Below are positions 18,159-26,745 of a DNA stretch of 64,000 bases, in pieces; within the stretch, counting starts at the first letter, position 1; each line of letters starts with the position of its first letter. The translations under genes were made by a program, and so were the position numbers. Origin of the DNA: an uncultured Gammaproteobacteria bacterium. GTDB lineage: Bacteria > Patescibacteriota > Patescibacteriia > UBA9934. The stretch covers positions 307,061 to 371,060 of the forward strand of contig CAZKGL010000001.1 of NCBI GenBank assembly GCA_964552565.1, given 5' to 3'. Below the pieces are notes generated by a model. That model was not told the origin of the DNA. It searched no databases and worked only from the letters and a program-made list of their open reading frames with translations.

Positions 18159-19154
18159 ATGACCCGCGTGCTTGCCGCGTTGGCACTGTGTGCCGCACTT
18201 GCGTTCCCGCCGTCCGCCCGCGCCGCGACGGCCGACCTTTCTATCGACCAGGGGTCGATTACGTTTTCGACGTCGACATTTTACGCAGGGGACGACATCC
18301 GCATCTACGCGAAGGTCCGCAATGTCGGCGACACGGACATGACCGCGCTCGTCATCTTCTACCAGGGTTCCGCGGTCATCGGCAGGACGCAGCCGATTTC
18401 GTTGCGCGCCGGCGGGGCGCCGGAAGAGGTGTTCGTCGACTTCACTGTGCCGAACGCGTCGTTCAACATCCGGGCGGTCGTGTCTGGGGCGGAGCCGGCA
18501 GACGAGAACACGTCGAACAACGAGGCGACGACGCTTTTGTACACGCCGCTCCAGGACGACGACCGCGACGGGGTGGAAGATGACGCGGACAACTGCCCGA
18601 ACGATGCGAACGGCACGCAGGCGGATACGGACGGCGACGGGGACGGCGACGCGTGTGACAGCGACGACGATGCGGATTCGCTTTCCGACGCGACCGAGGA
18701 GTCGCGGGGGACCGATCCGGCCGACGACGATACGGACGATGACGGCGTCGACGATGCGGACGACGTTGCGCCGACGGACCCTGACGTCAGTGAGGAGCCG
18801 GCGCCAGCGCCGCAGCAGACGACATCGACCGCATCGACGAACAGCAGCGTGACGTCGTCGCCGATCGCGACCGCGCAGGCGGCTGAAACTGATGATGACG
18901 ATACTGCGGCAGAAACCGAAGAAGAGACGCCGGCATTCGAGCGGCCGACGTCTGCGTTCGCCCTGTTTCCCTCCGGCACGGTCGATGCGGACGGCGATGG
19001 TGTTGCGGACGACGCGGCGGGGTTCTTCCGCCTCAACAACCCGATCCTCGTCGGACTGCTCGGCGCGTTGGCGCTCGTCGCCATCGCCTGCATCGTCGCG
19101 ATCGTACTCATGCGGCGCCGCGAGGCGCGCGATGCGGACGGCAAGGACGTATGA
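18159..19154 (+). CDS. Surface protein: CARDB/Ig-like domain, thrombospondin type-3 Ca-binding repeats, C-terminal TM
   Basis: Signal peptide; DL..VRNVG..ENTSNN; DxDxDG..DNCP repeats; TM plus basic tail. Confidence 0.85.
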   Translation: MTRVLAALALCAALAFPPSARAATADLSIDQGSITFSTSTFYAGDDIRIYAKVRNVGDTDMTALVIFYQGSAVIGRTQPISLRAGGAPEEVFVDFTVPNASFNIRAVVSGAEPADENTSNNEATTLLYTPLQDDDRDGVEDDADNCPNDANGTQADTDGDGDGDACDSDDDADSLSDATEESRGTDPADDDTDDDGVDDADDVAPTDPDVSEEPAPAPQQTTSTASTNSSVTSSPIATAQAAETDDDDTAAETEEETPAFERPTSAFALFPSGTVDADGDGVADDAAGFFRLNNPILVGLLGALALVAIACIVAIVLMRRREARDADGKDV

Positions 19155-20758
19155 TGCAGAAGCTGTTCCAGGCGGCATCGCCCTCCATCGCGAGCGCGGC
19201 GGTCATTGTGGCCGCTTTTTCCGTCGTCTCGCGCCTCGCGGGGTTTGTCCGCGACCGCATCTTGCTCGGCCTGTTCGGGGCGGGGGAGACGCTCGACATT
19301 TACTACCAGGCTTCCCGCATCCCGGATTTTTTGCTGCAGCTCTTGGTCGTCGGCGCGCTTTCCGCGAGCTTCATTCCGATTTTCGCCAAGTATCTTGTTG
19401 CGGGCGATGACGCGAAGGCGTGGCGGTACACGAACGGCATGCTTGCGTTCCTCGTCACCGGGTTCGGCGTCGTCGCCGTCGCGGGCGCCGTCGCGGCCCG
19501 GCCGCTCGCCGCACTCATCGCGCCGGGCTTTTCGGACGACGCGCTCGACCACGTCGCGCAGATGATGCGCGTCATGTTCCTCGGACAGTGCTTCTTCAGC
19601 GTCTCGCTCGTGTTCGGTTCTGCGCTCCAAGGCGCGAAGCGGTTTGTCGTGACGTCGCTCGCCCCGGTGGTGAACAACGTCGGCATCATCCTTGGCGCAC
19701 TGTTCCTCGTCCCGCTCATGGGGCCGGTCGGACTCGCGTGGGGCACGGTGCTCGGCGCGCTGCTGCACGCCCTCGTCCAGCTCGTCGGCGCCGCGTCCCT
19801 CGGATATGCGCCGTCGTTCGTACCGTTTTGGCGCGACAAGGACGTGCGGGCGACCGCATTCCACATGGCGCCGCGCACGCTGGGCCTTGCGGTGAACCAG
19901 ATCAACTTCCTGATTATGGGCGTCATCGCGACGACGCTCGCCGCGGGCTCCGCGACGATCTTCAACCTCGCGTACACGCTCAACTTTTTCCCGATCGGCG
20001 TCATCGCGGTGTCCTACGCCATCGCCGCGTTCCCGACGATGTGCGAACACGCGGCAAAGAAAAACACCGACGGGTTCCGCACCGTGTTTTCCGACACCAT
20101 CCGCCAGGTGTTGTTTTACATCATCCCCGCGACGGTGCTGTTCCTCCTGTTGCGTGCCCAGCTGGTGCGTGTGTTATTCGGCGCGGCCGCGTTCGACTGG
20201 GAGGCGACGATCCTGACCGCGGACACGCTTGCGTACTTTGCGCTGAGCTTCTTTGCGCAGTCGTTCGTGTTCGTGCTCGCCCGCGCCTACTTTGCCTTTG
20301 AAGACACGCTGACGCCGCTTGTCGTCGGCACCGCTTCCGCGCTCATCAACGCCGCGGCAGCGTGGGTACTCGCCGACGGCATGGGCGTCGTCGGCCTCGG
20401 CCTTGCCTTTTCCCTCACCGCGATGTTCCAGGCCGCGCTCTTGTGGGTGTTCCTGCGCATCCGCGTGGGCAGCCTGCACGAAGGGTCGATCCTCGCGTCG
20501 CTCGCGAAATTGTCGCTCGCCGGCCTTGCGGCGGGTGTGGCGACACAGGCGACGAAATATGCCGTCGTGCGCATCGTCGAACTCGACACCTTCTGGGCGG
20601 TGTTTGCGCAGGCCGCGATCGCGTCGGTCGCCGGGCTCGTCGTGTACGCTGCGGTCGCGTTTGTGCTCGGCAGCCGCGAGATGGCCGACGTCGCGCGCGG
20701 CTTGCGCCGGAAGTTGCTGCGTGCGGCGCGCCCGACCGGCGTCACGGAAACCGTATGA
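19151..20758 (+). CDS. murJ: Lipid II flippase MurJ (MviN)
   Basis: SRLAGFVRD, RIPD, GALSASFIP, RAYFAFEDTLTP; multi-TM. Confidence 0.93.
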   Translation: MMQKLFQAASPSIASAAVIVAAFSVVSRLAGFVRDRILLGLFGAGETLDIYYQASRIPDFLLQLLVVGALSASFIPIFAKYLVAGDDAKAWRYTNGMLAFLVTGFGVVAVAGAVAARPLAALIAPGFSDDALDHVAQMMRVMFLGQCFFSVSLVFGSALQGAKRFVVTSLAPVVNNVGIILGALFLVPLMGPVGLAWGTVLGALLHALVQLVGAASLGYAPSFVPFWRDKDVRATAFHMAPRTLGLAVNQINFLIMGVIATTLAAGSATIFNLAYTLNFFPIGVIAVSYAIAAFPTMCEHAAKKNTDGFRTVFSDTIRQVLFYIIPATVLFLLLRAQLVRVLFGAAAFDWEATILTADTLAYFALSFFAQSFVFVLARAYFAFEDTLTPLVVGTASALINAAAAWVLADGMGVVGLGLAFSLTAMFQAALLWVFLRIRVGSLHEGSILASLAKLSLAGLAAGVATQATKYAVVRIVELDTFWAVFAQAAIASVAGLVVYAAVAFVLGSREMADVARGLRRKLLRAARPTGVTETV

Positions 20759-21426
20759 GGGTGTTGTGGCGCATGGCAAAATGGTTGCTCGTGCTTGCGG
20801 TCGGCCTCACGATCGCGGTCTTTGTTTGTGCGCAGGCTGCGGTCGCGGAGATGGAGGCGAAGATCGTCACTGTCGCCGACCTTGCGCCGGCGCCGGCGGT
20901 CATCGTCCCCGGCGCGAGCGTGCTCAGGAACGGCCAGCCGTCCGACGTCCTCGCCGACCGGTTGCTGACCGCGATCGACATCTACGAGGCGGGGAAGGCG
21001 GAGAAGATCTTGGTGTCCGGCGACCATGGCGATGAGGAATATGACGAGGTGAACGTCATGCGGACGTACCTCCTCGACAAGGGCATCCCGGAGGAGGACA
21101 TTTTTCTCGACCACGCCGGGTTCGACACCTATGACACCATGTACCGCGCCCACCACCTTTTTGGGCTGACGGAGGCGGTCGTCGCCAGCCAGACGTTCCA
21201 CTTGCCCCGGGCGATCTATATCGGGGAGTCGCTTGGGATGGCGGTGCAGGGTGTGGCGTCGGAACGGCAGCCGTACGTCAAAGACGCGGAGTTTGCCTTC
21301 CGCGAGCGGTTCGCGGTCGTCAAAGCCTATGTGGATGTCATGCTGGGCTCGAATCCCGCGTATCTTGGCGAAAAAATCGATATTTCGGGCGATGGCCGCG
21401 TGACGTGGGACCAGGGGCTGGAATGA
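20755..21426 (+). CDS. SanA/YdcF (DUF218) family protein
   Basis: VPGASV..PS.VLADRL, LVSGD, DHAGFDTYDT, SQTFHLPRA, RE. Confidence 0.9.
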   Translation: MRVLWRMAKWLLVLAVGLTIAVFVCAQAAVAEMEAKIVTVADLAPAPAVIVPGASVLRNGQPSDVLADRLLTAIDIYEAGKAEKILVSGDHGDEEYDEVNVMRTYLLDKGIPEEDIFLDHAGFDTYDTMYRAHHLFGLTEAVVASQTFHLPRAIYIGESLGMAVQGVASERQPYVKDAEFAFRERFAVVKAYVDVMLGSNPAYLGEKIDISGDGRVTWDQGLE

Positions 21427-21435
21427 TGAGGGCGG

Positions 21436-21464
21436 TTGACAAACCTCGACCGCTCGTGTAGTAT
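21436..21464 (+). promoter_or_regulatory. Sigma70 promoter at the left end of the accessory island
   Basis: TTGACA-17 bp-TAGTAT. Confidence 0.7.
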
Positions 21465-21535
21465 TTTCGCTTGTCTTAGCGAAGAGCTTGGACTTGATGG
21501 AGGGGACTTTTCCAAAGGGGGCAGATTTGGAAAAG

Positions 21536-21757
21536 ATGGAGCGTGAGGAGATGTACTTCGTGACGTTTCGCGTGTCGTCCGACCGCCATGGGGAGATGTC
21601 GGTCACGATCCCGTGGGCCGACCGGTTCGGCAGCCATGCGCGGTTCTCGCACCCGATCCCTCGGGATGCGGTCATCGCGCCGGCGCCAGCCCAGCCGGTC
21701 CCGGATCAGATCAAGGTGCGCATCGGCGCCCTTGTGTTCGTCCGTCGCGCGGCCTGA
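21536..21757 (+). CDS. Small hypothetical protein
   Basis: ORF 21488..21757; start uncertain (21536, or 21551 after GAGGAG). Confidence 0.5.
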   Translation: MEREEMYFVTFRVSSDRHGEMSVTIPWADRFGSHARFSHPIPRDAVIAPAPAQPVPDQIKVRIGALVFVRRAA

Positions 21758-21850
21758 CCGCTGCGCCGTAGGCTCCCTCGCCTCGTCGAGGGCTCCTACC
21801 ACCCGTCTTCATCATCCCAGGATGGTGGCGAGCGGTGGAGGGAGAAACAG

Positions 21851-22753
21851 ATGGACTTTCACTTCGCCGTCCTCATGCAGCGGCTCGAGGCCGTGCAGCG
21901 GGACATGCCCGTGGTCATGGCCGCGGTGCGCAACGAGACGATCCGCGTCGCGTCCGACCCCATGCTCGCGTGGTACGGGGAGAAGATGGTGTACACGGGG
22001 TTCCTCATCATGGGCCTGTGCCTCGTCTTCAGCGAGGCGATCGCCGAAGCGGTGCACCCGCGGCCCCCGCCGCGGCCCCGGCCTCGCACCAGCCTCATCT
22101 CGCTCGTCCCGCCTCCTCCGCCCAGCGGCGGGGACGGCGAGGACGCGCCGCGCGAGGAGGAGCCCGACCCGTCGGTCCGCAACACGCTGCCGGGCGACCG
22201 GCCGCTGCCCGCGCGCCTCGGCCTCGCGTCCGCATCGGCGGATCTCGGCTCGCCGCCGGACCCCCCGTCCGTGCCGCGCTCCGTGCGTCGCATGATGGGG
22301 CTCGACGACATCCTCGGCGCGCCGCGCGAGGACGACCCGTTCGCCGCCATGCGCGGCCCCGGGTACCAGTCCGCGTTCGACCCGCCGTCTCCGGTCCTCG
22401 TGTCGGAGAACGCGGAGGACGTGCCGACGCCGTCCCAGCTGCCGCGCGCCACCTCGCCGACTGCTGAGCACGAGGAAGACCTCATGGGCGGCCACGGCGG
22501 AGGGGCGGACGACCAGGAGTCGACCGAGGACCTCGGCGCGGACGACCAGGGCTCCGGAGACGGCAACGAGGACGCGCCGGCCGAGGAGCCGGGGCTGGTG
22601 CCGCCCACCGCGGGCGAGTTCCTGGCCCTCTCGGGCTTCGGGAAGGTCGAGGACGATTTCTTCAACAGCGAGGTCGGCACCGTCGGGCCCGTGGACCCGT
22701 CCCGGCAGCCGGGACGCATGCCGCGCCCCTCGACCGAAGAGGAAGAGTCCTAG
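21851..22753 (+). CDS. Hypothetical protein, N-terminal TM then long Pro/acidic disordered tail
   Basis: GGAGG upstream; TM FLIMGLCLVFS; PRPPPRP and D/E-rich tail; very high GC. Confidence 0.65.
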   Translation: MDFHFAVLMQRLEAVQRDMPVVMAAVRNETIRVASDPMLAWYGEKMVYTGFLIMGLCLVFSEAIAEAVHPRPPPRPRPRTSLISLVPPPPPSGGDGEDAPREEEPDPSVRNTLPGDRPLPARLGLASASADLGSPPDPPSVPRSVRRMMGLDDILGAPREDDPFAAMRGPGYQSAFDPPSPVLVSENAEDVPTPSQLPRATSPTAEHEEDLMGGHGGGADDQESTEDLGADDQGSGDGNEDAPAEEPGLVPPTAGEFLALSGFGKVEDDFFNSEVGTVGPVDPSRQPGRMPRPSTEEEES

Positions 22754-22935
22754 CGTCAACAAGGAGGAACGGACGGTGTCCAGATCGTGGGCACCGTCTT
22801 CCTATTTCTGGGGATGCGCGCTTGTAAGCGAGCTTTACTTTTGCGAGAATTCGGTGTAGATTATTGCGTCGTTTTCCTTCTGGGCCGTCGATACGAGCCG
22901 TACCGGTTCGCGCCGATCCCTGGAGGGAAGGCAAC

Positions 22936-23187
22936 ATGCATATCGTTCGTGGCATCGGGGCGTTCATCGTCGTCATCGGGTCGTTCTTCGCAGGGGCGTT
23001 CATCGTGTGGCAGGAGTCCGCGCCGACGATCGCCGCCTACCAAGCGCACAGCGCGTCGACGGAGCGCATCGCCCGGGAGTGCATCGAGAACAGTGAGAGG
23101 CTCGGCGGCCTCGCGGACGAGGCGTCGCAGCTGGCGGCCGATTCGCTCGCGCGCTACATCGCCTGCCAGGAGGAGCAGGGCAACTAG
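22936..23187 (+). CDS. Array gene 1: small single-TM protein
   Basis: GGAGG upstream; MHIVRGIGAFIVVIGSFFAGAFIVW then helical domain with two Cys. Confidence 0.65.
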   Translation: MHIVRGIGAFIVVIGSFFAGAFIVWQESAPTIAAYQAHSASTERIARECIENSERLGGLADEASQLAADSLARYIACQEEQGN

Positions 23188-23204
23188 GCGACGACAACGT
23201 CGCG

Positions 23205-23270
23205 CGTCCGGATACTCGGCACGAGGTTCTCCTCGCGCCGATCTCCGGCCGAATGGATCGACCGAGGAGG
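23205..23270 (+). repeat. Array spacer 1 (left half L1, CGGCCGAA core 23246-23253, right half R1)
   Basis: 23205-23253 identical to 25738-25786; CGGCCGAATGGATCGACCGAGGAGG shared with 24289-24313. Confidence 0.9.
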
Positions 23271-23274
23271 CACA

Positions 23275-23604
23275 ATGTTCGAGCTCGTGGTCTTTTATAT
23301 CGTGTACATGGTTTTCTTGTCCGCCGCCCTTGGTTTGGGCTCGGTGGTGGGGGCGCGAGTGCCGCGCACGCGCCGTCGACCGGTGGCGATTGGAGCCATC
23401 TTCGGCTTCGTGTTCTTCTTCCTGTCTACGATTGTCGTAGCGCTGATGGGGATGCACAACGCCATGAGCATCATCGTGGCGTGTGCCGTGGTGCACAATT
23501 TTTCTGGGGGACTCCTCATTCGGTTCGTGCTGCAGATCATCAGTGAGCGTCACCGCTCGGCCGACGCCATTCGCCGCCTCTACCCTGACGACCACGTGCA
23601 GTGA
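23275..23604 (+). CDS. Array gene 2: small multi-TM protein
   Basis: GGAGG 4 nt upstream of ATG; about 3 hydrophobic helices. Confidence 0.7.
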   Translation: MFELVVFYIVYMVFLSAALGLGSVVGARVPRTRRRPVAIGAIFGFVFFFLSTIVVALMGMHNAMSIIVACAVVHNFSGGLLIRFVLQIISERHRSADAIRRLYPDDHVQ

Positions 23605-23867
23605 TGACGAGCATCGCCGCGTTCGTGTTCATGTCTTCGCTGCCGACTGCAGCGTACGTCGTCGCCGCGCTGTTCCTCGGGAGCGGCGCACTGCACTGGC
23701 GCAGTGCGTATCCGGCTGTAGGCCCGATTGTGGGCTGTGCGTGTGGGCATATCGTCGGAGCGCTGTTGGGCGAGATGATCGTGCAGGATCAGCTGATGTG
23801 GCCCGCCGCAATCGTGGTCCTGGCCGTCTACGTCGTCATGCACTTCGTGATCGCGTATTGCAGGTAG
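23601..23867 (+). CDS. Array gene 3: small multi-TM protein
   Basis: Overlapping GTGA start/stop with the previous gene; about 3 hydrophobic helices. Confidence 0.65.
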   Translation: MMTSIAAFVFMSSLPTAAYVVAALFLGSGALHWRSAYPAVGPIVGCACGHIVGALLGEMIVQDQLMWPAAIVVLAVYVVMHFVIAYCR

Positions 23868-23898
23868 GTGGCCCCGTCGCTCGCGAGCGACGGGGCGG

Positions 23899-23966
23899 GC
23901 CGGACGTCGAGATGAGGAAACGCCTCGTCTCGATCACCGGCCGAATCAACCAATCGGCCCCGGAGG
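23899..23966 (+). repeat. Array spacer 2 (L2, core 23938-23945, R2)
   Basis: GCCGGACGTCGAGATGAGG..CCTCGTCTCGATCACCGGCCGAA near-identical to 25290-25337. Confidence 0.9.
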
Positions 23967-23972
23967 TTGCCA

Positions 23973-24167
23973 GTGGTCCGTACCGTGTTGCGTATCTTCG
24001 TTCTCGGCATCATCATCGGGATCGTTGCGTCACTCGTCGGGGAGGGGTTGTTCGGCCACGACAGTCCCGTGCGGGCGCGGATGATGACCGCGGGCGCCGC
24101 GGTTCTGCTCATGCTCGGGCTTCCGGACCTTTGGGACATGTGGAAGGCGAAGAAGCGGGAGGGGTGA
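23973..24167 (+). CDS. Array gene 4: small two-TM protein
   Basis: GGAGG-6 nt-GTG; two hydrophobic helices, basic tail. Confidence 0.65.
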   Translation: MVRTVLRIFVLGIIIGIVASLVGEGLFGHDSPVRARMMTAGAAVLLMLGLPDLWDMWKAKKREG

Positions 24168-24227
24168 GCATCTGTCCGGCGTTTGCTCGCTCGTGTCGCG
24201 CGACGATTCCTCGAAGTCGTCGCGCCG

Positions 24228-24313
24228 CCGTCAATGTTCGAGTGTTCAAAAATGGCCGATCGTCATTTTTTGAACACATGGTCATCGACGGCCGAATGGA
24301 TCGACCGAGGAGG
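24228..24313 (+). repeat. Array spacer 3 (L4, core 24289-24296, R1)
   Basis: Long hairpin CCGTC...GACGG enclosing GTGTTCAAAAATGGC/GTCATTTTTTGAACAC, then the R1 of spacer 1. Confidence 0.8.
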
Positions 24314-24323
24314 TACCTGTCCC

Positions 24324-24551
24324 ATGTTCCGCGCCATGCTCGCCCGCGTCCGTACGATGGATGCTGACGAGATCATCCTCTACTTCTGGTCGCCAACGGC
24401 CCTGCTGCTCATCATCCCGGGGATCTTCATCCGGGAAGTGGCTGCCCAGCAGGCGTTCGGCAAGCTGATGTTCGGGTGGCTGGTGTTCACTCCGCTCCTG
24501 TACCTCATCGTCTGCCTGGTTCGACGCGGGCCCGTGAAGACCGCCTCGTGA
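24324..24551 (+). CDS. Array gene 5: small two-TM protein
   Basis: GAGGAGG upstream; two hydrophobic helices. Confidence 0.65.
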   Translation: MFRAMLARVRTMDADEIILYFWSPTALLLIIPGIFIREVAAQQAFGKLMFGWLVFTPLLYLIVCLVRRGPVKTAS

Positions 24552-24615
24552 CGCCGACGGACGACGAGCTGGACCTGTTCCCTGAACTTCGTGACGACCG
24601 CTAGCCAGTCGTCCT

Positions 24616-24721
24616 GCCGGATCCTCGGCATCACCGGTTCGCGGTGGTGCCAAGTCCCGGCCGAAGGTGTGCGGCGCGGGAATGTCCCCGCGCGGCATGC
24701 GTGACCACCGGCCAACGGAGG
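24616..24721 (+). repeat. Array spacer 4 (L3, core 24658-24665, R3)
   Basis: L3 begins CCGGATCCTCGGCA (L1: CCGGATACTCGGCA); 24657-24721 identical to 25329-25393. Confidence 0.9.
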
Positions 24722-24726
24722 ACGTC

Positions 24727-25014
24727 ATGATCGTCATGATGTTCGTAGCAATCCTCAGCGCACCGGTGCACGCCGCCGATGCGTTCGCGTCATGGCCGCC
24801 GCCTGAGCCGCCGCAGCAGGAGGACGAGTGTGCGGGCGAGCTCGCCGAGGCGAACGCCCGCATTGTCGAGCTCGAGGAGGCGCTCATCGACGCGGAATGC
24901 GACACGGTGCGTGACCGCTGGGTTTCCCGTGTGGAAGATATTGTCACTGGGCTCGTCGTGGCGGGCGTCCTTGGCGCGCTGGTCTGGCTCAAGCCGGACC
25001 ACACGGGTCGCTGA
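24727..25014 (+). CDS. Array gene 6: signal peptide, short coiled coil, C-terminal TM
   Basis: GGAGG-5 nt-ATG; MIVMMFVAILSAPVHA; ELAEANARIVELEE; TM. Confidence 0.7.
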   Translation: MIVMMFVAILSAPVHAADAFASWPPPEPPQQEDECAGELAEANARIVELEEALIDAECDTVRDRWVSRVEDIVTGLVVAGVLGALVWLKPDHTGR

Positions 25015-25019
25015 TCGAG

Positions 25020-25280
25020 ATGCGCGCACTTCGGACGCTGCTCCTCGCGGTCGCCGTGGCGCCGATCGTCGGCGTGTGGGCGTTCCCGCTGGGCGGGTTG
25101 CTCGCGGTCGCCATCTACGCGGTTCTCCTTGGCATCGGCCGCGCGGAGGACGCGGCGTGGTGCCTGCTCGGCTTCCCGTGCGCCGGGCTTGCGCTCGTCG
25201 GCCTGTCGCGCTCCCACGAGGAGCGGTGGCTTGCCGCCATTCCCATGCCGTCGCCCGACGATACGCCGTTCGCGGCGTGA
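25020..25280 (+). CDS. Array gene 7: small multi-TM protein
   Basis: Hydrophobic ORF filling the gap between gene 6 and spacer 5. Confidence 0.6.
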   Translation: MRALRTLLLAVAVAPIVGVWAFPLGGLLAVAIYAVLLGIGRAEDAAWCLLGFPCAGLALVGLSRSHEERWLAAIPMPSPDDTPFAA

Positions 25281-25289
25281 TGTCGGACA

Positions 25290-25393
25290 GCCGGACGTCG
25301 AGATGAGGGAACGCCCTTGTCTCGATCACCGGCCGAAGGTGTGCGGCGCGGGAATGTCCCCGCGCGGCATGCGTGACCACCGGCCAACGGAGG
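25290..25393 (+). repeat. Array spacer 5 (L2 variant, core 25330-25337, R3)
   Basis: Left half matches spacer 2, right half matches spacer 4. Confidence 0.92.
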
Positions 25394-25398
25394 CCACC

Positions 25399-25728
25399 AT
25401 GGGCATCGTCATCGTCACTCTTTCCGTTTCCGCTGCGTGGATCATCGGGCTGGCGGCGCTCCTCGGACTCATGGATCCATGGCCCCTCTTCTCCCGGAAC
25501 ATCCGAGAGTGGATGCTGGCCGCGGCTCCGGTCCCGCCCGTCCGCCCGATGTCGCCGATCGTGTCGCCTGCGCTCCTCATGATGTCCGGCATTGTGCTCA
25601 TCGCCGCATCGCTGCCCCTCGTCACTATGGAGTGGGGATGCCTTTCGAGGATCATCCTCATCATCATCGGAGGGGCGTTCGTCGCCACCGCGCTCACGCG
25701 GATCCACCGGTACTTCACGGTGGGCTAG
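25399..25728 (+). CDS. Array gene 8: small three-TM protein
   Basis: GGAGG-5 nt-ATG; hydrophobic helices. Confidence 0.7.
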   Translation: MGIVIVTLSVSAAWIIGLAALLGLMDPWPLFSRNIREWMLAAAPVPPVRPMSPIVSPALLMMSGIVLIAASLPLVTMEWGCLSRIILIIIGGAFVATALTRIHRYFTVG

Positions 25729-25737
25729 CGGGAACGC

Positions 25738-25824
25738 CGTCCGGATACTCGGCACGAGGTTCTCCTCGCGCCGATCTCCGGCCGAACTGTTCGGTCCCGT
25801 TCCGTCCAACCCTGTCCCCGGAGG
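25738..25824 (+). repeat. Array spacer 6 (L1, core 25779-25786, R4)
   Basis: 49 bp identical to 23205-23253, then a different right half ending CCCCGGAGG. Confidence 0.92.
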
Positions 25825-25828
25825 TTCC

Positions 25829-26248
25829 GTGGAGCACGTGCACTTCGCGATCGCCGCCATCGTGCCGCCGACACGCCACTCGCTCGGCGCGTTGGTCGTC
25901 ATGTGCGCCGTCGCGGCCGCCATCATCTTCATCCTGGCGAAGCCGGAGTTCGCGCGGCGCATCGCGCGGCGCATGCTCCGCGTGGGAATCGCGCTTGCCA
26001 TCATGACGCTGCTCATCATCGGCGGGTACGCGCTGCGCGTCGGCCTGTCGGGTGTCGGCCTGCCCGAGTCGCTGTCGAACATCATCGGCTTCACGGTGAC
26101 GTGGGGCGGGATGTACCTGGTCATCATCGACTGGATGCGCCGGCAGCGCGCGTTCCTCGCATCGCAACAGCAGGCTGCGCGCGACGCAGGCGTCCGCGCG
26201 CTCCGCCCTGGCCGCTTCCCGCACCCCGAGCCACCGGAGGACCCATGA
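25829..26248 (+). CDS. Array gene 9: three-TM protein
   Basis: GGAGG-4 nt-GTG; hydrophobic helices. Confidence 0.65.
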   Translation: MEHVHFAIAAIVPPTRHSLGALVVMCAVAAAIIFILAKPEFARRIARRMLRVGIALAIMTLLIIGGYALRVGLSGVGLPESLSNIIGFTVTWGGMYLVIIDWMRRQRAFLASQQQAARDAGVRALRPGRFPHPEPPEDP

Positions 26249-26526
26249 ACCAGGTCGTGTCGCTCTTTGTCCGACTCTCGTACCACCCGGCCGCGCCGTA
26301 CCTCACGATGCTCATCGTCGGAGAGGCGGCTGTCGGACTCATCTCCTGGGGCGGCGGACTCACGCACGTCCCCTGGTGGCATGCGGCGCTCGGCGTCGGC
26401 GTCACCATGCTGGTGCTGACGGCCGCTCTCCGCGCCGACGAGCGGACGCTGGCGAAGTACTACGGGCACATGCTCGTCGCCTTCGCCGCCGTCGTGCTCC
26501 TCGTCGGCTGGATGGTGACGCCGTGA
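26245..26526 (+). CDS. Array gene 10: small three-TM protein
   Basis: GGAGG-4 nt-ATG, ATGA overlap with the previous stop. Confidence 0.7.
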   Translation: MNQVVSLFVRLSYHPAAPYLTMLIVGEAAVGLISWGGGLTHVPWWHAALGVGVTMLVLTAALRADERTLAKYYGHMLVAFAAVVLLVGWMVTP

Positions 26527-26684
26527 CGCTCACGGCCGCCTCCGTCGCTGCGTGCGCCGTCGACCTCGTCCTCGCGCTCGCCGTCCTCGTCGCCATGATC
26601 CGATGGTGGCCGGAGACGCGGCGCGAGCGCCTCAATCGCCGCATGGGAGGACCGGACCTCCGTGAACGCCCCCGCTCGTGCTGA
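26523..26684 (+). CDS. Array gene 11: small single-TM protein
   Basis: GTGA overlap; TM then basic tail. Confidence 0.5.
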   Translation: MTLTAASVAACAVDLVLALAVLVAMIRWWPETRRERLNRRMGGPDLRERPRSC

Positions 26685-26745
26685 GCCGGGGCGTTCTTCC
26701 TTTTATTGCAAACGATGGGCGTTTTCGTTACACTCATCCCATTCT

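Noticed and set aside
23228-23256. HDV-like ribozyme suggested by TCCTCGC...CGAATGG
   Set aside because: P1/P2/P3/P1.1 pairings could not be built, TCCTCG is already paired in the hairpin, and the motif is not kept in the other spacers.
23205-25824. Classical integron attC array or CRISPR array
   Set aside because: No RYYYAAC/GTTRRRY boxes and no intI; repeats are separated by whole genes rather than 30-40 nt spacers; no cas genes.
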